From an uncultured Chloroflexia bacterium (lineage in GTDB: Bacteria; Chloroflexota; Limnocylindria; QHBO01), in contig CAVPGY010000001.1 of the NCBI GenBank assembly GCA_963704115.1, positions 331,062 to 395,061 on the forward strand: DNA of 64,000 bases, in the 5' to 3' direction. Below are positions 58,952 to 64,000 of this stretch, one piece after another. The position numbers and the translations under genes are program-made. How positions within the stretch are numbered: the stretch's first letter is position 1; each line of letters starts with the position of its first letter. Below the pieces are notes generated by a model. It saw nothing but the letters and a program-made list of their open reading frames with translations, did no database searches and was not told the origin of the DNA.

Positions 58952-59988
58952 GCGCCCGGGGCGGGGGCGGCCGCGGCCTCACGGTCAGAGGCCAGGCACG
59001 ACTCCAGGCTGGCGATGCTGACCTCGAGCATCGACCGATCCGGCGGGCGCGTGGTCAGGGACTGCAGCCACAGGCCGGGAGCATAGATGGCGCGCACGAC
59101 GGGGTTCCCGTAGTGGCGGGCGCCGAACCGAACCAGCTCGTAGGCGAACGCGGCGATGATCGGCACCAGCACGATGCGGCTCGCGAAGAGGGCCCACAGG
59201 GGGACGCCGGCACGCGGAATCAGGCTGAAGAAGAAGATGCTGATGACGACCACGATGAGGATGAAGGTCGTCCCGCAGCGGGTGTGAGCCGTGCCGAAGG
59301 CGTCGACCTCCTCCGGCGTGAGGGGCCGATCGGCCTCGTAGGCGCTGATGGCCTTGTGCTCGGCCCCGTGGTAGGCGAACACGCGTCGGATGTCCGGCAT
59401 CAGGCCGATGGCGACGATGTAGGCGATGAAGATCACCAGCCGGATCAGGCCCTCGATGATGTTGGCGACCAGGTCCGAGTTCGCCGCCTCCTCCGCGAAT
59501 GTCGAGAGGAAGAGCGGCAGGACGAAGAAGAGCGCGACCGCGAAGCCGAGGCTGAAGACCATGGTCAGCGCCATCGCCCCCTTGCTCAGCTCGACGTCCT
59601 CCTCCTCGGCCGCGATGGCTGCGGAGCGCATCAGCATCCGGGTCCCGATCACCAGGGTCTCGTAGAGCAGGAACATGCCGCGCAGGAACGGGATCCTGAT
59701 GAGCTTGCGATCAGCCGACAGCGCGGCGGGCAGCGGCTCGGAGATCGTGCGGATCTCGCCCGACGGCGGACGGACGCTCATGGCGACCGTCGTGCGGCCG
59801 CGCATCATGACCCCCTCGATGAGGGCCTGCCCGCCGTAGAAGAAGTCGGGCATGCGGAAGCGGCGCCGCCCGGAGGCGTCGGTCACGGCGGCGATCACGA
59901 GCGGACCGGCCGCCATGAGCAGCTCGGGGATGAGGAAGAAGAGGTGGGGCGCCGTGCGCGCCGGCCACCGGTTCAGGCGCCGGCGCAT
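58948..59988 (-). CDS. DUF1385-family membrane protein
   Basis: [16 protein letters not shown]...[22 protein letters not shown]. The start is uncertain (ATG 59988, 59916 or 59853). Its stop overlaps the prfA start. Confidence 0.8.
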   Translation of the reverse strand: MRRRLNRWPARTAPHLFFLIPELLMAAGPLVIAAVTDASGRRRFRMPDFFYGGQALIEGVMMRGRTTVAMSVRPPSGEIRTISEPLPAALSADRKLIRIPFLRGMFLLYETLVIGTRMLMRSAAIAAEEEDVELSKGAMALTMVFSLGFAVALFFVLPLFLSTFAEEAANSDLVANIIEGLIRLVIFIAYIVAIGLMPDIRRVFAYHGAEHKAISAYEADRPLTPEEVDAFGTAHTRCGTTFILIVVVISIFFFSLIPRAGVPLWALFASRIVLVPIIAAFAYELVRFGARHYGNPVVRAIYAPGLWLQSLTTRPPDRSMLEVSIASLESCLASDREAAAAPAPGA

Positions 59989-59992
59989 CGGC

Positions 59993-60199
59993 TCAGCGGA
60001 GCGAGCGCTCCAGGCGCTTCTGGAATCGCTCGACCTGTCCGGCGGTGTCGACGATGTTCTGCGTGCCGGTGAAGAACGGGTGGCACTTGTTGCAGACCTC
60101 GACGCGGATCGACTCGGTCGTCGAACCGACGGTGAACTCGTTCCCGCACACGCAGTGGACCTGCGCCTGGTGGAACTGGGGATGGATCTCGGCCTTCAT
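59993..60199 (-). CDS. rpmE: 50S ribosomal protein L31 (Zn-ribbon type)
   Basis: [22 protein letters not shown]...[11 protein letters not shown]. Confidence 0.95.
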   Translation of the reverse strand: MKAEIHPQFHQAQVHCVCGNEFTVGSTTESIRVEVCNKCHPFFTGTQNIVDTAGQVERFQKRLERSLR

Positions 60200-60219
60200 G
60201 GGAATGGTGCTCCGATGCG

Positions 60220-60489
60220 TCAGGCGGACTGGAACTCTCCGGCCTCGATGCTGACGCGCTTCTTGCTTCTGGTTTCGTGGCTGAATCGGACCTTGCCGTC
60301 GGCGGTCGCGAAGAGGGTGTAGTCCTTGCCCATCCCGACGTTCGGGCCCGGGTGGAAGGTGCTGCCGCGCTGGCGGACGATGATCGTCCCGGACAGGACG
60401 AACTGCCCGTCGCCGCGCTTGACGCCGAGTCGCTTGCCGGCGCTGTCGCGCCCGTTCTTGCTGGACGAGCCAGCCTTCTTGTGTGCCAT
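60220..60489 (-). CDS. rpmA: 50S ribosomal protein L27
   Basis: ATG at 60489. [46 protein letters not shown]. Confidence 0.95.
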   Translation of the reverse strand: MAHKKAGSSSKNGRDSAGKRLGVKRGDGQFVLSGTIIVRQRGSTFHPGPNVGMGKDYTLFATADGKVRFSHETRSKKRVSIEAGEFQSA

Positions 60490-60493
60490 TCCC

Positions 60494-61036
60494 TTACTCC
60501 TCGGCCTTCTTGGCGGCCGGCTTGCGGGTTCGCTTCGGCTTCGCCGCGTCGGTCGCATCGGCCGCCGATGCAGCTGATGCCGCCGCCTTGCGGCGGGCGG
60601 CCGGCTTCTTCTCGGCCTTGGCGGTCGTGGCCTTCTCGGCCTTCTCGGCCTTCTCGGCCCTGGTGGCCTTGCCCGGCGCCTCGTCGGCAACCTCCGCCTT
60701 TGCCTTCGCCTTCGACGGCGTGCCGCCGGTGTTGATCTCGTCGATCCGCACGCGGGTCAGGTGCTGCCGATGACCGTTCTTGCGACGGTAGGTGGCCTTC
60801 TGCTTGAACTTGAAGACGATGAGCTTGGGGCCCAATGCCTCGCCGAGTACGGTGCCGCTCACCGTCGCGCCTTCGACGGTCGGAGTCCCGACCGTCACCG
60901 CCTCGCCGTCTCCGACGAGCAGGACGCGATCGAACGTGATCGACGCACCGGCATCACCCGGAACGCGCTCGAGCGTGAGCTCGTTCCCGGCCTCGACGCG
61001 GTACTGCTTCCCGCCGCTGCTGACGACGGCGTACAT
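60494..61036 (-). CDS. rplU: 50S ribosomal protein L21 with ~75-aa Lys/Ala-rich C-terminal extension
   Basis: ATG at 61036. [17 protein letters not shown]...[24 protein letters not shown] is followed by [45 protein letters not shown]...[15 protein letters not shown]. Confidence 0.92.
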   Translation of the reverse strand: MYAVVSSGGKQYRVEAGNELTLERVPGDAGASITFDRVLLVGDGEAVTVGTPTVEGATVSGTVLGEALGPKLIVFKFKQKATYRRKNGHRQHLTRVRIDEINTGGTPSKAKAKAEVADEAPGKATRAEKAEKAEKATTAKAEKKPAARRKAAASAASAADATDAAKPKRTRKPAAKKAEE

Positions 61037-61102
61037 GCTGCTCTCCTGGGTCTGTTGCTGCTGTGCCGCCGCCACGGTCGGTGAGGGCGTGTTGAACGCA
61101 CA

Positions 61103-61127
61103 CGAAAACGGGCCGAGTGCTCAGCCC
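61103..61127 (-). terminator. Candidate intrinsic terminator between the DUF2344 gene and rplU
   Basis: The minus strand reads GGGCTGAGCACTCGGCCC followed by GTTTTCGTGTG, giving an imperfect 7-8-bp stem. Confidence 0.45.
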
Positions 61128-61142
61128 GCGGGACTGATGAGT

Positions 61143-61859
61143 CTATCGAGCGATCGGGGGAGTGTCAACGAAGAGGAGCCGCGTGCGGACGGCGCGTCGC
61201 GTGCGGAGCGGGAGGTCGAGCGCGTGCACGATGTCCTCCGGGCGGCCGGCGCCGCTCGCATCGAGCCGGAGCACGGCTCGCAGCCGCGCCGTGTGGTCCG
61301 TCTCGTCTACCTCGAGCACCTCGACGTCCTCGATCAGCGGGCGGAGGTCGCGGTCGCCCGCATCGCTGCGTCGCTCGCTCTCGCCGCGCCGCCGCTTGCC
61401 GTGGAGCTCGGTTGCCGCCAGCAGGCGCACCACCGCGCCACGCAGGGCATCGGAGGTGAGCGCTTCGTCGCCGCTGACGTCGATCTCGTACTCGGCGCCG
61501 CGCAGCTGGGAGGCCGCTGACGGAAAGCCGTGCCAGACCTCCTTGGCGTCGCGGAGGCCGATGCCCTCGGGCAGCAGCTCGCCGGCCGCCTGGATGCGCT
61601 CCATCGGCACCAGCTCGTCGAAGTAGGCCTCGACCACCTCCCCGCGGAGCTCGATGCCGACCGGCAGGTTCGCGGCGAGCTTGATGCGGGGTCGCGGCTT
61701 CTGGGCGTGGGTGTACGAGAGCGGGAGCTCGGCCTCGCGAAAGGCGCTCTCGAGGGCGTCGACGAGCTCCGCCTGTCGCATGCGGAGCGCCGGCTCGGCG
61801 CGGGAGAAGAGAATCTGCCAGCGCTGCCGGGGCTGCGCCGGGCTGGAACGGTCGGTCAT
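61143..61859 (-). CDS. DUF2344 (TIGR03936-type, radical-SAM-associated) protein
   Basis: 238-aa ORF: RWQILFSRAEPALRMRQAELVDALESAFREAELPLSYTHAQKPRPRIKLAANLPVGIELRGEVVEAYF. Confidence 0.7.
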   Translation of the reverse strand: MTDRSSPAQPRQRWQILFSRAEPALRMRQAELVDALESAFREAELPLSYTHAQKPRPRIKLAANLPVGIELRGEVVEAYFDELVPMERIQAAGELLPEGIGLRDAKEVWHGFPSAASQLRGAEYEIDVSGDEALTSDALRGAVVRLLAATELHGKRRRGESERRSDAGDRDLRPLIEDVEVLEVDETDHTARLRAVLRLDASGAGRPEDIVHALDLPLRTRRAVRTRLLFVDTPPIAR

Positions 61860-61911
61860 GGCCGGCGCATCGTACCGTTCATCGGGTTCCGGGACCAGTC
61901 GAGAGGCTAGG

Positions 61912-63102
61912 ATGCGGTCGATGTCCGACCTGCTGGCGTCCCTGCACCGTCATCGGCAGGCGATCCTCGCCCTCTTCATGATCATCGTCGTCGCGGCGCT
62001 GCTGTGGACCGCGCGCGGCGCGCTGCCGGTCTTCTTCGTCGGGTTGGCGCTCGTCTTCGTCCTGGACCCGGCGGTCACCTTCCTGTCCCGGCGGGGCGTC
62101 CCACGCTGGGCGGCGGTGATCATCATGTACGTGGCGGTGATCGCGACGATCTGGGGGCTGATCGCGTACGCGCTGCCCCCCGTCAGCCGCCAGACGCGCG
62201 AGTTCGTCGACGCGCTCCCGGAGCTCGGCGCCGCATTCTACGACTGGGAGCTCGGCGTCGTGGAGTGGTACGAGGGTCTGCCGCTGCCGGCGGAGCTGCG
62301 ACAGTTGCTGGACGAGCAGGTGATGGCGAGCGGCGAGGCGCTCGCGGACCTCATCCGTCAGTTGCTCGCTCCCACGATCAACGCCCTCGTCCGCGCCGCC
62401 ACGTTCGTCCTCGGGCTCATCATCGTCCCCGTCTGGCTCTTCTTCGTCCTCAAGGATCGCGAGCAGTTCTCGCGTGCGGTGGCCGGGGCGCTGCCGCCGG
62501 GCTGGCGGGCGGACTCGGCGAACATCCTGGCCCTGCTCGGCCGCGTCGGCGGACGCTGGGTGCGCGGCCAGCTGCTGCTGGGGCTGTCGATCTTCATCGC
62601 CACGGTCATCGGCCTCACGCTCCTCACGTTCCTCGGCTTCGCCGAGTTCGGGCAGTTCACGCTGGTGCTCGCGTTGATCGCCGGCGTGCTCGAGTGGCTG
62701 CCGATCATCGGTCCGATCGTCGCCGCCGTGCCGGCGATCCTCATCGGCCTCTCCATCGGGCTCCCGGCGGCGGTCGCGGCGGTGGTCCTCTACACCGGCA
62801 TCCAGCAGCTCGAGAACCACATCCTGGTGCCCAAGGTGATGGGCGACGCGATCGAGCTCCATCCGGCGGTCGTGATCCTCGCCCTGGTGGTGGGCGGCGC
62901 CCTGTTCGGGATCGGTGGCGCCATCCTGGCCGCACCGACCGTGGCCGCCGGCCGCGACCTCTATCGCTACGGGTTCCATCGGTTCGGCGGTCAGACGCCG
63001 GCCGATGCGCTCGACCTCGTGTTCCACGGCCGGCGCGCCGAGCCACCCGAGCAGCCGATGGAGCCGCCTTCGGCGCCCGCCCTGGCCGCGGAACCGACCT
63101 GA
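61912..63102 (+). CDS. AI-2E family transporter (PerM/UPF0118)
   Basis: ATG at 61912 (or 61921), about 8 TM spans, and LEWLPIIGPIVAAVPAILIGL...LYTGIQQLENHILVPKVMGDAIELHP. Confidence 0.85.
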   Translation: MRSMSDLLASLHRHRQAILALFMIIVVAALLWTARGALPVFFVGLALVFVLDPAVTFLSRRGVPRWAAVIIMYVAVIATIWGLIAYALPPVSRQTREFVDALPELGAAFYDWELGVVEWYEGLPLPAELRQLLDEQVMASGEALADLIRQLLAPTINALVRAATFVLGLIIVPVWLFFVLKDREQFSRAVAGALPPGWRADSANILALLGRVGGRWVRGQLLLGLSIFIATVIGLTLLTFLGFAEFGQFTLVLALIAGVLEWLPIIGPIVAAVPAILIGLSIGLPAAVAAVVLYTGIQQLENHILVPKVMGDAIELHPAVVILALVVGGALFGIGGAILAAPTVAAGRDLYRYGFHRFGGQTPADALDLVFHGRRAEPPEQPMEPPSAPALAAEPT

Positions 63103-63108
63103 TTCGCT

Positions 63109-63440
63109 CCGATCTATCGGGCGGAGCGGCGCACGAGCACCCCGTCCGGTGCGCGAGGGCCCGATCTATCGGGCGGAGCGGCGCACGAGCACCCCGTCCG
63201 GTGCGCGAGGGCCCGATCTATCGGGCGGAGCGGCGCACGAGCACCCCGTCCGGTGCGCGAGTGCCCGATCTATCGGGCGGAGCGGCGCACGAGCACCCCG
63301 TCCGGTGCGCGAGGGCCCGATCTATCGGGCGGAGCGGCGCACGAGCACCCCGTCCGGTGCGCGAGGGCCCGATCTATCGGGCGGAGCGGCGCACGAGCAC
63401 CCCGTCCGGTGCGCGAGTGCCCGATCTATCGGGCGGAGCG
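63109..63440. repeat. 52-bp tandem repeat, about 6.4 copies, with a 156-bp higher-order period
   Basis: The unit is gatctatcgggcggagcggcgcacgagcaccccgtccggtgcgcgagggccc, with gatc starts at 63111, 63163, 63215, 63267, 63319, 63371 and 63423. The only variation is gagGgc versus gagTgc, in the pattern G,G,T,G,G,T. The array lies between the convergent stops of the AI-2E transporter and SEDS genes. Confidence 0.9.
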
Positions 63441-63475
63441 CCAGGGTCATACGCCTCAATCAGAGAGACTGAGTC

Positions 63476-64000
63476 TCACAACGTCGGCTTGTGGCTCCGC
63501 ATGCGGATCGACTGCAGGATGCCCATGCCGAACAGCAGGCTGATGAGGCTCGAGCCGCCGTAGGTCACGAAGGGGAGCGGGATGCCGGTGACCGGCATGA
63601 TGCCGATGACCATGCCGACGTTGACGAAAAGCTGGAACACGATAATCGAGGCCAGGCCGACGGCGATCATCATCCCGAAGGCATCCTGGGCCTGCCAGCC
63701 GATGAGCAGGATGCGCCAGACCAGCAGGCCGAACAGGGTCAGCACGATGATCCCTCCGACGAATCCGAGGTCCTCGGCCACCACGGTGAAGATGAAGTCC
63801 GTCGACTGGACCGGGATGTAGCCGCGCTGCCCCTCGCCGCCGACCGTCAGCCCCCGGCCGAGCACGCCGCCCGACCCGACGGCGTTCAGCGCCTGGACCA
63901 GCTGGTAGCACGCGCCCTGCGGATCGGCGTACGGGTCGAGGAAGCAGAAGAGCCGCTGCCGCTGGTAGTCGTGCAGCATGCCGACGACGACCGGCGCGGC
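63476..64000 (-). CDS. SEDS-family peptidoglycan polymerase (RodA/FtsW), C-terminal part; 5' end beyond the window
   Basis: GYIPVQSTDFIFTVVAEDLGFVGG...GIMPVTGIPLPFVTYGGSSLISLL. The ORF is open to the window edge. Confidence 0.85.
   Translation of the reverse strand, partial: AAPVVVGMLHDYQRQRLFCFLDPYADPQGACYQLVQALNAVGSGGVLGRGLTVGGEGQRGYIPVQSTDFIFTVVAEDLGFVGGIIVLTLFGLLVWRILLIGWQAQDAFGMMIAVGLASIIVFQLFVNVGMVIGIMPVTGIPLPFVTYGGSSLISLLFGMGILQSIRMRSHKPTL

Noticed and set aside
63109-63440. Possible CRISPR array
   Set aside because: The entire 52-nt period is conserved, so there are no unique spacers. No cas genes are in the window. It behaves as a simple tandem repeat.

Overview
The window is very GC-rich, with third codon positions almost always G/C. 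As a result the six-frame track is full of long Arg/Pro/Gly-rich antisense and off-frame artefacts. I chose frames by recognisable motifs, hydrophobic-span patterns and amino-acid composition.

Content from left to right:
1. 0.1-13 kb: a PAP2-like membrane protein followed by eight consecutive large polytopic membrane proteins. Seven look like GT-C-type glycosyltransferases (GT87/DUF2029-like, ArnT/PMT-like and two unassigned families, arranged as three paralog pairs plus one ArnT/PMT-like singleton). One is a membrane-embedded spermidine-synthase-like fusion. Together they look like an extracytoplasmic glycan assembly island.
2. 13-16.6 kb: a regulatory block with a soluble DegS-like kinase, a NarL-type regulator and an XRE protein. 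It is interleaved with three copies of a ~150-bp inverted-repeat-bounded element, and has a long structured non-coding stretch upstream of flp.
3. 16.6-28.9 kb: a monoderm-type Tad/Flp pilus locus (flp, cpaB, REC-tadZ, tadA, tadB, tadC, an embedded OmpR-type two-component system, two tadE-like genes, a giant tadG-like gene and a DUF192 gene).
4. 28.9-35.3 kb: comF, hpf, a 1168-aa VWA/prealbumin-repeat/DUF11 surface protein, and nfo.
5. 35.4-64 kb: a conserved housekeeping supercluster on the minus strand. It runs XRE, UPF0104, PHP, mreB ... nei, murA, atpCDGAHFEB plus two atpZ-like genes, glyA, an AcnX pair, rpiB, tsaC, prmC, prfA, DUF1385, rpmE, rpmA, rplU, DUF2344. It then continues with an AI-2E transporter, a 52-bp tandem repeat array and a partial SEDS (RodA/FtsW) gene.

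I could not support any rRNA, tRNA, CRISPR array, transposase or integrase.

At least ~24 reading-frame breaks are visible. They are tightly clustered in a few genes (cpaB, tadB, glyA, acnX-large, prmC, prfA, one glycosyltransferase paralog, one XRE-nuclease), while more than 30 kb of other long CDSs are intact. This most likely reflects local sequence-quality problems rather than biology, but it needs checking.

The most interesting unexplained signals are:
- the repeat elements bracketing the regulators upstream of flp;
- the orphan intrinsic terminator and structured RNA region upstream of flp;
- an AT-rich GTATATAC-N-GTATATAC palindrome upstream of both murA and atpG;
- the 52-bp hairpin-forming tandem array, with degenerate copies downstream of atpC.
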